Positions 1 to 12,420 of a stretch of DNA of 64,000 nt are shown here, one piece after another (position 1 is the first letter of the stretch; every line of letters begins with the position of its first letter). Source of the DNA: Gracilinanus agilis (Eukaryota); contig NC_058132.1 in assembly GCF_016433145.1 (NCBI RefSeq), positions 598,380,339-598,444,338 of the forward strand, given 5' to 3'. Under the pieces are notes generated by a model. It had not been told where the DNA came from, did no database searches, and saw only the letters and a list, made by a program, of their open reading frames with translations. The position numbers and the translations under genes were made by a program.

Positions 1-49
1 TGTCTTAAAATGTAAACTCTCTCAGGGGGCAGGGACTATTTTACCAAAA

Positions 50-225
50 GCATGCTACTCACCTCCCAGCAGAAGATGAATCAAGATGCAGAATGAAAAA
101 GATATTTTATACCAGGGGTTGTTTGACTTATGCATATTTGTTACAAGTGTTTTTTTTTTCTTTATCAGTTAGTTGGGGAAGGGGTAGAAGGTTGAAAAAA
201 TAAATGTTAATTAAAAAAATTTTTA
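50..225 (+). mobile_element. Old marsupial L1 3' end fragment
   Basis: catgctactcacctcc...cagaatgaaa...gcatatttgttacaag...aataaatgttaattaaaaaa; a related fragment lies at 2365-2545. Confidence 0.6.
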
Positions 226-247
226 AGTATATGAACAAGGGCATTCT

Positions 248-362
248 ATTTCTTCTTTTTCTTTTTCTTCTTTCTTCTGCATCTTATTATTCTTGTTTCT
301 TCTTCTTGTTGTTGCTTCTTCTTTTCTTCTTGTTCTTGTTCTTTCTTATTTCATCTTCTCTC
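248..362. repeat. Degenerate (TTC)n pyrimidine-rich microsatellite
   Basis: Run of ttc/ttg/ttt units visible directly. Confidence 0.85.
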
Positions 363-448
363 TCCATATATATATTCACAAGAGGACCAGGAGAAAAGTT
401 ATGGTGGTTCTAAAGTTTTTTTTTTAAATAAGAGTTCTAAAGTTTTTT

Positions 449-671
449 TTAATTTTAATTAATTAAAGAATTTTTTTTAATTCTTTCCTTCCACCTTAGA
501 ATCAATATTGTGTATTGGTTCCAAGGCAGAAGAGTGGTAAGGGCTAGGCAATGGGGATTAAGTGACTTACCCATGGTCACATAGCTAGAAAGTAGCTGAG
601 GTCAAATTTGAACCCAGGACCTCCCATCTCTAAGCTTGTCTCTCAATCCACTGAGCCACCTAGCTGCCTCC
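449..671 (-). mobile_element. SINE1_Mdo-type tRNA-derived SINE
   Basis: Reverse complement of ggcagctaggtggctcagtggattgag...ccttaccactcttctgccttggaaccaat; flanking direct repeat ctaaagtttttt. Confidence 0.9.
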
Positions 672-1602
672 CTAAAGTTTTTTAAAGTTGTTGTTTTTCT
701 TTACAACACCTTTATTACTGTAGAACACTCCATGATTATCTCCTAGCATTTCTCTGGGATGAAACCTTTTCTTATTTTTTATGGCACAACATTAAGGCTT
801 TCTGTTCATACACCACAATTTGTCCAGCCCTTGCCCAGTTGATGGACATCTCCTTATTTTCTAGGTTATGGCCACTTTGTGATACTTTGCTTCTATGTGA
901 TAAGATATCCATGACCAGTGATAAGATCCGTGCCCAATAGTGCCTTAAAGATATCAGGTGCTTTTAGTGTTTGTTGAATTTCTATACAGAAGATCCACAA
1001 TGAAAATCTAGTGGATATAGGTCTAGCATATTCTTGGTCCAGTGTTTTTGCTCACCTATGTCTGATCTATCCTCTGTTGGCATCAGCTCAAATTCTACTT
1101 CCTCTATGAAGGCTTCTTTGTTACAATTGGTAATAAATTTCCAACGCCTTTGGACCTCATATACCCCATCATACCGATCACTGACTCTCATAACATATTA
1201 TTTTATATTATACAATAATTATTGTATAGAAACCATATCATATCTCCCTACGAGACTACAAGCTCCATGAGGATAGATACCACAACTTACTTAATCTTTA
1301 TGCCTCTCCCTTAACATTTAGCATAATTCTCTACCTACAAAACTATGCTAATATCGTCAAACTGAAAGCTCAGAAGCCTAGGTCAAATATATAATAATAA
1401 TGCTAAAATGATGGAGGAATAAGGGTGATCATAATAGACAAGTTTTTAGCATCATTGAACTAATTGAACATGGTCCCCCATTTCTCACTACCTGTGGTCC
1501 TCCATCTTCTGACATCTTAAAGTTAATGACTCTGATTCCTTGATCCTGCCAATTACATCATTCTAATCATCATATGGTACAGAAGGCTTGGCCAAGACAC
1601 AA

Positions 1603-1961
1603 TGTAATCCTAACTGGATTGTGGAGTCAAAGAAACTTTCCTGGAACTTGAATGCCAGGTTGTTATAAAAACAAACCAAGACTGATCTATATGCTTTATG
1701 TGAAATTAGTCAAAGTCCAGGATAAAGACATGAGATTTTTGGGTGATCTCTAAGGGTTGTTGGTAGCTGCATAAAAGAAGCCAGCACCCCTGTCAATGGG
1801 AATGAGCATTCTCACTTTATCATGATACTGCATTCTTTCCAGATTAGTCTGAATACCTCCTTTAGTTCTCCAACCACAACACTGCTACTAATAAATCCTT
1901 TGAGAATGAATTTCCTTTCTAACTGCTGCATTTTAATTTAGTGTGCCTCTCTATACTGGCA
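1603..1961 (+). mobile_element. Possible solo LTR
   Basis: TG...CA ends, TATA-like gcataaaag near 1769, AATAAA near 1890, imperfect 4-bp flanks acaa/ataa; no second copy in the window. Confidence 0.3.
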
Positions 1962-2269
1962 ATAACTTAATAAATCATTCAAAATAGTGTAGACTGGTAT
2001 GAAATGGCCAGATAGGATTATTCTCACTAAGCAAAGCTGGAGTATCCTACATAATCACTAAGGCATATACCTAAGAGTATCTAATGTCTAGGGAAGCAAA
2101 AGGACTGAGTCTCTCCTACTTGATAACAGAATTATTTTTAATGCCCTAACTGGTCCCAAATTAGAAATGACTTTAAAGTGATTCCCCTTGTTCTCTGCTT
2201 ATACTCTGGACCTTCTCTGGTATAGAGGAGGAATTTGGAGTTGCTGATTACTGAGGACTGTTATACCAT

Positions 2270-2545
2270 AGTAAAGACATTATGGAAAAAAATAACTTTG
2301 AAAAACTTTAGAGCTCTGCTTGAAGTAATGAACTGCCATAATTCTAAAAGAATGATGATGAAACATGTTACCCACCTTCTGACAGAAGATGAACTGAGAT
2401 ACAGAATGAAAATGACATTTTTATATGTGGCCAACCCAGGAATTTGTTTTGCTTGACTTATTCATATTTGTTACAAGAGTTTTCTTTTTCAACTGGTGAG
2501 GGAAGGGATAGAAGGCTGAAAATAAATGTTAATTAAAAAAAAGTT
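2270..2545 (+). mobile_element. Old marsupial L1 3' end fragment
   Basis: Same family as 50-225, with more upstream L1-like sequence; ends aataaatgttaattaaaaaaaa. Confidence 0.6.
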
Positions 2546-2662
2546 TTATAGAAGGATTTGAGCATGGGCATTCTTCATCCCACCCCCATTCCCACTCTAT
2601 ATACATACACAAAACTCTAAAGAGGACCAGGAGGAAAAGAAGAGAATTACAGACAGGAAATA

Positions 2663-2663
<1 letters not shown>

Positions 2664-2706
<43 letters not shown>
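2664..2706. repeat. (CA)n microsatellite
   Basis: Perfect CA run. Confidence 0.98.
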
Positions 2707-2708
<2 letters not shown>

Positions 2709-2866
2709 TTTTCCTTCCCCAAGAGATGTTTCTGACATCTCTGAAGGAACCAAAGTGAACTCCTCTGTTCGTAGACAGCTAATCAACATTCCATTTAGCA
2801 AACATTGATTAATCACCCACTACATGCAAAATATCTGTGAGATATTGATACAAAAGAAGGGACTAT

Positions 2867-3154
2867 TGTGTAATTAATTTCTGCACCCTAGAACTCCAAT
2901 TCCAAGCATCCCATGTTCCTTCTCACATTACATGATGACATAGGGAGGATATAAGTTTGGTGTAGCCTCTAGCTTTCTCTTCCCTTGATAGCATTTTGTA
3001 GAGGTGGTGTGAGGCAAGTGGCAGGAGAATTTACTCATGTGTGATGTTATTTTTGTTAGATAATTAGGTTTTTATTCCTTCTACTTCAAGTGATTATTAA
3101 TAAAATTTATAAAATCAATACTTGGAGTTATTAGACATTAATCTAAATCTTACA
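2867..3154 (+). mobile_element. Solo ERV LTR (family A)
   Basis: tgtgtaatt...aatcttaca (TG...CA), exact 4-bp TSD ctat, TATA-like gggaggatataag, AATAAA; homologous to 20560-20852. Confidence 0.85.
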
Positions 3155-5208
3155 CTATCTAAAGTCTCTACCTATCGAATGGCCACCTGCTTCCAAGGCA
3201 AGCTGGAGCAAAACCTGGATTTACTGTGATTGTGAAATACCTATTTATGGGGACCAAGAAGTGAAGGACCATGTGTCCCATTGTGTTGTTACTAACTTCT
3301 TTCAGGATCTTCATGATTCTAGTATACTGTGACTGGACTGACAGGTGTGTCTGCCTAAGAGACTTCCCTTCTTTCTTTCTCCCTTCGTTCATCAGTAGTC
3401 CCTCATTTAATCCTAACCCCTTGCCAGTGTCGGTACTCACAGCTACGTGTTTTAGATTTTTTTTAGTACATTTGACAGTCATTTTAGTTAATGATATGTT
3501 CATACCGTAAGTCTTTTTTCTCATTCCTGGAATATATTCCTTTGTCTTCTATTACATGTCTATCTCTGGTTCCTAAATTTCAGACAATGAAGTGTGACCA
3601 AATGCATCCTCTTTGTTAAAAGTGGTGTTACTATGCTAATATCAGCCCCATACTTGTAGCCCTTGAGACCTCATGTTACTTAAGGCCAACATCTAAAACA
3701 CCTTAAAAATATCAAGGAAAGGGACTGACCTGCAAAAACTGTTGTAGGGCATTTCAGAAACTGCCTCTTGAAAATTCAAGGCATTAACACTACAGCACAT
3801 CTGATCTTAACAGCCATTGCCCATGCTCCCTAGTTGCCACATGGGAATGGCTGCTTTTAAGCAGCAATCTTTATTTCTAGGCACATTAATGTCCCAAAGC
3901 AATGAAGTCCGTGCCCTGTCTGATGGGAGTAGAGATTTAGACTGTTGCTTCATGATAAACCTTGTTCCACATGTCCTTTGTCTCACTCTTATTTAAAAAA
4001 AAAAACACGACAAAACTGGATTGCCTATAATAATCCTCAGTGCATGTTTCTTTGGAAGGTAGGAGGCATGAGCTGAAATGGGAATATTCAGGATAAAAAG
4101 AATATCTTCAATAACTCACAGCTAAATATTGGACTGACAATGAATGCTCTTAGCCTAGATACTAGCAACTAGTCAATAGATGGATATTTGGGGTTGGGTT
4201 TTACCTGGAGGGGAGGATGGAAAATGATATTGAACTCCTTGCCACTGAAAATGGAGGGGAGAGAATGCAGGTGAATGCAAACAGTGCATCATTCTGAGTC
4301 CAACCAGGTGGTCCATAGACTTTACTGACTGCTCTTTGATCATGATCCTTTGATGATTGCTCTTAGGGGCTTCAGCCACCTGTGAAGTCATTGACAGAGA
4401 ACAAATAGCTGGAGGAGAGTAGAGAAAATTAATTGTTACTTTAAAAAAAAAGGAGGAAAAATGGAATCAAATTCAATAATTGCCATGCTGAGTTCCCGTA
4501 GGGATTATGAATGCTGGCTGGCCATATGGCTTCATTGAGATGCCACTAAGACCATGATAAAAAAAAAAAAAAAAACCTTTTGCTAACTGTATGGAGAAGG
4601 CAGCTGCCTCCCAGAGTCCACTTTGAAACACAGCTAACAATGTCCCAAAGAAGAAGGACAGTTTCATTGGTGTTTTGGGGTGATTCTTTTATAGATTCAA
4701 ACCATCAGGCTTTGCCCTGAGGAATTTTAGTCCTCAAAATATGGGACTAACCAACAACAGGACTAACTCAGGAATTTTGGTGCTGATTTTTTCACCAGAC
4801 TGACAGAGCATGGGACCTGGTATAAGGAATCACATTATTGAAATGAAGAAATCTGTTGTTCTCCCTAGCTATTTTAAAATGCAGTGTGGAAGAGTGGATA
4901 GAGTATTGGAATTGGAGTCAGGAACACCTGGATTCAAATCCTGCCTCGGATTCTTTAATAACAGTGTGATCATGGGAAAATCATTAAACCTCTCTATGTC
5001 TGAGTTTACTCATCTCTGAAAGGAGGAGGTTGAACTAGATACCCATTAAGGTCCCTTTTAGCTCCAAATCTATGCCCACAGTTACCTAATTGCATATAAA
5101 ATTATCAACCTCACTGATTTTGATAGATCTTTGCTCTCATCTCTAGATTTTTCCTTATACCATACCCTATACCCATTCATGCTTTGTCCTCCTGTATGAT
5201 GCTTTTTT

Positions 5209-5701
5209 AAAATATTTTATTTTTTAGAAAAATTTTCCATGGTTACATGATTCATGTTTTTACTTTCTCCTTCACCCCCCCTTAACCCTTACCAATAGCT
5301 GACATGCATTTCCACTGGTTTTAACATGTGTCATCAATCAAGACTTATTTCCATATTATTGATAGTTGCATTGGTGTGGTCATTTAGAGTCTACATTCCC
5401 AATCATCTCCGCATCAACCCATGTGTTGCAGCAGTTGTTTTTCTTCTGTTTTTCCATTCCTGTAGTTCTTCCTCTGAATGTGGAGAGCATTCTTTTCCAT
5501 AGATCCCTCAGAATTGTCCTGGGTCATTGCATTGCTGCTAGTACAGAAGTCCATTACATTCAATTTTACCACAGTGTATCAGTCTCTGTGTACAATGTTC
5601 TCTTGGTTCTGCTCCTTTCCCTCTGCATCAATTCCTGGAGGTCATTCCAGTTCACATGGACCCTCCAGTTTATTATTCCTTTGAGCACAATAGTATTCCA
5701 T
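5209..5701 (-). mobile_element. 5'-truncated L1_Mdo-type 3' end
   Basis: Typical opossum L1 3' UTR in reverse with T-tract; ~17-bp TSD ctgtatgatgctttttt (5192-5208) / ctgtgtgatgctttttt (5702-5718). Confidence 0.92.
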
Positions 5702-5872
5702 CTGTGTGATGCTTTTTTGGTATCTTCCAAAAGTCCTTTAGAAAGCATCTACTTAATAGCCTACAGTCCCGATTTTTATAAATATATTTTGAAAACCAAT
5801 ATGCCATGACACTTAGGTATCTCCCCAATAATATTTCCCTCTTGCTACATACTAGCCTACCATTTTTTGGTC

Positions 5873-6157
5873 CTTTATTTATTTTGAGATTGGGCAAAAA
5901 GTACAGTGCTTACACATAGGCCTGATCACTTTGCTGATTCTGACAGAAGTTTTGATTTGCTCCATTTCCCACCCAAATCAGTCACACTCTCCTTAAGCAG
6001 CCTGATGCCCCACCTCCTCCCAGAGGCCGAACATCTTGATGTCAAGTTTAGTGCAGATACCCTTTTATAAATCACAACTTCTCAACTCAAGAGATCCATC
6101 AGCCTCAGCATCCCCAAAAGACAGAACTATGAAAGTGTGCAGTCACCACATGTGGTC
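5873..6157 (-). pseudogene. Decayed 7SL (SRP) RNA retrocopy retaining both Alu and S domains
   Basis: Minus strand matches 7SL collinearly: gctgaggctgatggatctcttgag; gggtatctgcactaaacttgacatcaagatg; caggctgcttaaggag; ggaaatggagcaaatcaaaactt; gcactgtact; then an A-rich tail. Confidence 0.85.
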
Positions 6158-6957
6158 AAATCTGCCATTTCCCTTGATGCCCTTTACACAACTTCATAGA
6201 CTCACAGAGTGAAGAGTTAAAAGGACCCTCAGAAGCCATCTAGTTCAATGCAAGTTATAATCACATGATATACATACTCTCTGTCTTTCCATTGCATAGG
6301 TTTCATCTATATTTTTTATTCTTCGAAAGCTGTGGTTTTCCATGATTCAAAGGGACTTTCTTGTTCTTTTTTTTTTGTATCCCCAGCACTTAGCACAGTG
6401 TCCAGCACAGAGAAGAGTTTTTTAAAATGTATATTGACTGGGGTGGAGCCAAGATAGTGGCTTAGCAAAAAAATGTATATCAATTGTGGCCATATAACAT
6501 TTCTAGGAGAACATGCTCATAAAAGTTATTTTCTACTAGCATGGAGAATGCTTTTTACAAACCCAATAAAAATGAATTCTCTACAGATGTTGAGGCTTCC
6601 AGATAACCTTGTTTGTAGGGGACATTATGCAGAAAGCATCAGATCCCTAACAGGAGTGTGATATGGGGGGAGTAGACTAGGTGATCTCTGAGGTTTTTTT
6701 AGCTCTAGATCTATGATCTGATCTTCTTAATAGGATCCATGGTCACTTACAAGATATTAGCCTAATTATTCAGATAGGAAAACCAAAGTGGGTAAAATAA
6801 TGTATGGTGTTCAGATTTTAACATGGAGACAAAGCAACAGCCTACTGCATTCATTTGTCACTCCTTGTTTCATAAATAGGCACTGCAATAATATGAATTA
6901 AAGGATAATGATTTAGACTCACTTTTGAATAGGAGGAGAGTGGATTGGAAAGCATTT

Positions 6958-7187
6958 GGGAAATTGGTGATGTAGTGGATAGAGACAAAAAGACCTGAGT
7001 TCAAATCTGGCTTCAGACACTTACTAGTGGTATGACCCTAGGCAAGACACAACCCTATTTGCTGCAGTTTCTTCATTTGTAAAATGAGATGGAGAAGGAA
7101 ATGGCAAACCATTCTAGTAGTTTTGCCAAGAAAATCCAAGATAGGGTCAGGAAGAGCTAGACATGACTGAAACCACTGAACAACATC
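6958..7187 (+). mobile_element. MAR1-type CORE-SINE
   Basis: CORE segment plus RTE/BovB-like tail gaaggaaatggcaaacca...ttgccaagaaaa...actgaacaac. Confidence 0.85.
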
Positions 7188-7249
7188 AAACAGGTTTTTC
7201 TATGCACTCCCCACTGTAGCTCTTCTAAACTTTTTTGTTTGCTTGCTTA

Positions 7250-7478
7250 GGGTAACTTTTGTGGTGCTGGGGACAGAGTGCTGGGTCTGGGATCAGGAAG
7301 AGTTGAGTTCAAATCTGACCTCAGACACTTACTAGAAGTCACTTAACCCTGTCTCTTTCAGTTTTTTCTTCTGTAAAATGAGCTAGAGAAGGAAATGGCA
7401 AACCACTCCAGTATCTTTTCCAAGAAAACCACAAACACAGTCATAAAGAGTTGGATATGACAGAAAAAAACAACACTT
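7250..7478 (+). mobile_element. MAR1-type CORE-SINE
   Basis: Same head, CORE and aaggaaatggcaaaccactccagtatc tail. Confidence 0.85.
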
Positions 7479-8299
7479 TCAGGGGTCACAAACTACTTTC
7501 TATTATAAAAGGCTATCTTTTTAAAACAATAAGCCCTTATACCTATATTTAAGTAGTTGGCCGGAAAGTATGAACTACTACAAGAATGGGAAACAAAGGA
7601 GAAGGTTGTGTTTTCAAGGTTATTAGCAGCCAAAAGACTACAACCCCTGGGTGTAGCAAAGAAAGCAGGAATCCTAAAATTTCAACAAAGGATGCCCTTT
7701 CCATTTTCTTACCATTGATCTATCTACCTTCTTTGATTACCACTATAATAGAACATTATGAAATGGGAAACTATCCTTCAATATTTCATTGAATATTAGA
7801 GTTAGAAGGAACCTTAAAAATCTTATTACTGATTTTTAACCTAATTTCTTACAGGTAAGGAAAGTATGACATCTTTTGGTTACATGATGTCCTGAGACAA
7901 AGGAAAAGAATTCAGATCTCCAAAATCTTATCCTAGTGTTCTTTCCTTTATTACACTATACATTTGGCTACACTTTGATAATTTCATTCAACATTTTGTA
8001 TGGAGGTGGTGTTGAAATTTTCCCCCTAGATGTTTCCATAAGATACAGATTAGTTACTTTTAAACTGAATGATTGATTCTGTCCAATTTGTCTCAAAAGT
8101 GCCCTGATTGGTGGGTGCTTTATACAGCCCACTATATCTAGCCAGCTTTAGTCATACTTCACTTTTTTCCAACTCTGGAACTATAATCAAATCAACACTT
8201 CCAAGGGTGTGTCAATCTACTTCTCTAAGACTCTATTCACCCTGTTCCTGTGATTTTTAAAACTAAAATACCCCTCCCTATCTCAATTGAAATAGGAAA

Positions 8300-9060
8300 G
8301 TCTTAAGAAGATATCGGTTGAAAAATAAATATAATGAGTTCCATTTTGGTATGGTAAGTTTTAAGATGCTAGTGGAGCATCCAAGTGAAGACATCTAGAA
8401 GGCAGTTGGTGATATGGAACTGGAATTCTAGAGTGATTAAGGCTAGGAGCTACATAGATGGGGATGATAATTTAACCCAGAGAAACTGAGGAGCACACCA
8501 AAAGGGAGAATGTGGAGAGAAGAAAAAAGGGCTTAGGCAAAACACTGATTGAATTTTGTATTTAGTGGCCATGAGAAAGATGATCATAGGAGGAAAAGAA
8601 GATAAATTTACACCAAGAAGACCAGATCTGGGAGAGGCCAGATAGTCAACCCCCCTCATTTTACAGATAAGTAATTTGCCCAAGGTCACAGAGGCAGTAA
8701 ATTTCACAGTTTGAATTGTAACCTGGGTCCTCTGATTCCAAACCCCAGCCAGGCTTTCCACTAACCCATGCTGCCTCTTAAGCAATGGATGATGAAGCAA
8801 TGGAGCACTAGAGATTACAAAGGGATGGTCAATAAGTCCTAGAAGAAGAACGAGTGAGCAATGTTTTAAAACCAAGGAAAGAGAGAGTATGCATAACGGT
8901 GTTGTGGGTCAATAAAGTTGAATGAGGACCAAGAATAATATAGTTTATTCGAGGAAGAGAGGAGTTTTAGCAGGATGGCGGCATTGAAAGTCAGATAGCA
9001 AGGGATTAAAAATCATTGTGTGAGAGGTAAAGAACTGGAGGCAAAGAATGTATCCCTTTC
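8300..9060 (-). mobile_element. L2 relic interrupted by a MIR (~8590-8780)
   Basis: Purine-rich pattern typical of antisense L2 (gcatccaagtgaagacatctagaaggcagttgg...); MIR core ctcattttacagat...aaggtcaca. Confidence 0.6.
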
Positions 9061-10804
9061 TCTGCCAAGGTCAGAAAAGCTGACTAGAAAAATCTAATCC
9101 ATTGTATCTGGATCCCATTCATTTCTGCTTGAGTCATGGAGAACTAACCATAAATAGTTTACCCAATAGTCAGACTATTCCCTTGTACTTATCCTGATGG
9201 CTATTTGTGACTGGAATTACTTAAAGATTTCGCCTAATTATAGGAGTCATTATTCTAACCTTCTAACTCCTGAGGAAGGAGGGTAAGAAGCTACTGGAAG
9301 TACTTAGTAATAAGTGACATGCTCTCCAGAGTAGTTCAATTGTCAAATTAAAAAACATGCAGGAAAATTTATACTTTTCACTATTGATAGATGTCCATTG
9401 TTGGAGAATAAATCTTGCAATTATGGCTCCCCGCATCAAACATTCTTGGAGGAAACAGTGATTACTAACAGTAAAATTATAAGATATTTGATTGTTAAGG
9501 ACCCATAATTAGTAGAAGGGGAAGAAAGGAAGTAATATTGTCAAAAAAGCATTAAAAGACTTACATTTAGGGTTTGATATCTCACTTGATCTTTGATGTT
9601 TTATTTTTGTAGATCTGCCACAACATTTAAAGAAGATCCATCCCCCCTCCCAAAGACTGGCAGGTTAAAGCTCTAAACTGGATGGTCTGATTTGGCTTTT
9701 CCTTGTCTTCCTCCTGGAAGACAGCCAGAGATCCTCCTTTCTCAGGAAAGGGCAATCCCTCTGAATAGCTAAAAGCTGGAAACCTGCCATGTATGGCTGT
9801 CGCATTAATTTAATTTTACCGGCAACAATAAAGGAAGGGGGGTGGTCAGTGCCCGGGATCCAGACATAATGATGGGCACACTAAAATGGATTATTTTTTC
9901 CTGCTTTTTTCCAGTCCTCCTCCCTACTCTTAAATAATAAATAATGAAATCGAGGAGCCCTCCATACCAAGATAGTAGCCACCTATTTACCAGAGATTCT
10001 AGTGACAAATATATTCCAAATGGTTCATAGATGGTACATGCAAATACTTCACTGTTAATTAAGCCTGAGAAAGAATCATAAAAGCATAGACTCATAGACT
10101 TAAAGCCAGAAGGGAATCATAATGACCATCAAATCAAATCATCTTTTTACAGATAAGGAAAGCAAGGTACAGAGAGATTAGTGACTTGCCCAAAGTCATG
10201 CAACTAATGTCTGATTTAAGCCAAGATCTTCCTAACTGCAAATCCAGTACCCTCTACTACCCCAATTTAGTCATTGATTTTGCCATATAGGTCTGTGGAC
10301 TTATGCAGAAGTGTTATATATCAGGTAACCTCAAGTTTTCTCAAAACAAGCTTTCTTTTGAGACTTTTAAAAAAAAATATTGTTTTCCTGATTTCCCTTT
10401 GGTTTTTAAGCAATGCTTCTTCTTCTTCTTCTGTACCTTTAAGCATGCCGTCTTATTTCTGAGGAGGACCAGACACACCTCTATAGAGTTCTCCCTCCTG
10501 TATTCCTTCCTTCTCTTTTTTCTAGCTGTCCTCTCTTTTCTCCCAAACCCAGAGATGGTTGTTATGGTTGTGAAAACAAGAGACTTACCAGGATGTTTTG
10601 GAGACAAAGCCGAAATATCACATCTCATCCCACCCACTCATCCCTCACTTTGAGTTCATATTTAATTGTACCTACAGAAGTCATAACTCATTTGCCCATA
10701 TAATGGCAGGTCACAGAGGCAGTGTAGGCAAGGAGGCAGAGATAAGTTAGACCCTAACCTTTGACTAGACATACAGTCCAAGGAAACCAATGACAAAAAA
10801 AAAA

Positions 10805-11155
10805 AAAAGCCTTGTGTACCCAAAAATATTTATAGTGGCATTTCTTGTTGTATCAAAAAATTGCATATCATAAAGATACCTATCAATGGGTGAATGGCTA
10901 AACAAACTGTGGTATATGAATGTAATGTAGGAGTGTGCTGGTAAATATTCAACAGCTAGCTCCCTGGAAGAGGAGGGAGAGGAAATGTATCCATGACACA
11001 CTTTTAAGTTTAATCTGCTTGCTTACCATCTCAAGGGTGGGGGTATGATTAAAGGGAAAGGGAGGGAGAGAATTTGGGACTCAAATTTTTTCTTTAAATG
11101 TTGAAAATTGTTTTTATGTATAATTAGAGGAAAATTAAATTAGAGTAAAAAAATA
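10805..11155 (+). mobile_element. Old L1 ORF2 C-terminus / 3' UTR fragment
   Basis: aaaatatttatagtggc...cctatcaatgggtgaatggctaaacaaactgtggtatatgaatgtaatg, then G-rich tract and A tail. Confidence 0.75.
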
Positions 11156-11629
11156 AAAGCCATATTAGAAAGAAAAAACATTTAATCTCCATTAGTTTTT
11201 TCTCTATCTCTTTCTTAAGACTAGAAATCAATAAAACAGTAAATCTATCCCTGATGTTTAATATTTGCAACTTTCCAAGATGTAAATACTTATGCTTAAA
11301 ATTTAACTCTGTACAATGAATAAGTGAGACACATGCTTACACACACACACACATACATGCAAGAAGTTTAAAATTTAACTTAATTCAGTATTGGCCAAAC
11401 TGTCTGATTCAACTCATTCTCAATGGACATTTATTGAGTGCCTACTATATGCCAATCACATTAAGAGCTGGGGATACAAAACAAAAGGGAAACCCATACC
11501 CTTCATCTCCCTTTTATATACTACTAGGAGATACAAAATATTCCCAAATAAATAAGGTATACCCATCAAAAACCATAGTCTAGTCATGGGTTTCACCCTA
11601 CCAAGCTGCAGTGATACCTTCTTTTCTTC

Positions 11630-12420
11630 AGGAAGTTCATTCATTCTTAATCATTGCCTACACTGAAAATCTGTGTAATGGCATTTAAAGCCTTGAGTTT
11701 TACTACTGTCTCCTTTACTGAATGTCTTCTGTGAGATTTGAGTATCTTTAATGCTAATCTCTTCCTTTATTGTAGCTATTTTTATGATATATGTCCTGGG
11801 GATATATAGGCAATCTTCTCCTTTCCTCATCCTTTTTAGTCCAAAGCCATTTTGATTAGATTTCTAAGATACCTGGCAAATACACTCTTCCTAGCTTCGT
11901 ATTTGGTGTACTCCATCTCTGGCCAGGAATCTGTCAACCTTATATTTTAAGCCTATGGTCCAGAAGTCCAATTTCATTATCAGGCATCACCTTCTTAGCC
12001 AGCTGTTCACTTTCCAAATTAATTTTTCTCTCTTAAATTCCTTCCCTTCAAAAGGCAATTGTGAGAAAAACACAATCTCTGTTCCCAAGATTCCAGCTTC
12101 TTGTCCAAAACTTCATAATCATTGACGGTACTTTTGTATACTGACAGTGCCAGGTTCCTTCTGGCACTATCATTTGTGCCCACAAGAGTTATCAAAGGTA
12201 GGTAGTTGTCAATTGCCTTGATAAGTCTGGGAAATGAGTACCAGGAAGACACGAGTCTTCTCTATTATTGTTATTAAATAAAAAATTGCTGCCTCAGTAT
12301 CCCTCACTAAGGAATCACCAACTTCTACACTACAATTCTTCCTGAGACTCTTCCTGTATATTATCTCCCTTGATAACTTCTATGGTCCTTCTATGTCATT
12401 CTTTGGAGGACAAGCAGCTT
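11630..12420 (-). mobile_element. CR1/L3 relic containing ORF1 SGNH esterase and the start of ORF2
   Basis: Minus-strand translation has ITLVGTNDSARRNL...DYEVLDKKLES (esterase GxND motif), followed by a degenerate KCxYT endonuclease start. Confidence 0.75.

Noticed and set aside
982-1191. Protein-like 69-aa minus ORF
   Set aside because: Overlaps an L2-like tract (ctcaaattctacttcctctatgaaggcttc); no recognisable family and no convincing splice sites.
3168-3524. 118-aa minus ORF and a possible 39-nt plus exon (3307-3345)
   Set aside because: No recognisable homology; the splice-site pairs are weak on one side.
5366-5809. 147-aa ORF, the longest in the window
   Set aside because: Mostly antisense to an L1 3' UTR; a related ORF recurs in the paralogous L1 at 18531.
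6440-6470. ggggtggagccaagatagtgg resembling an L1 5' start
   Set aside because: Too short, and no L1 sequence follows.
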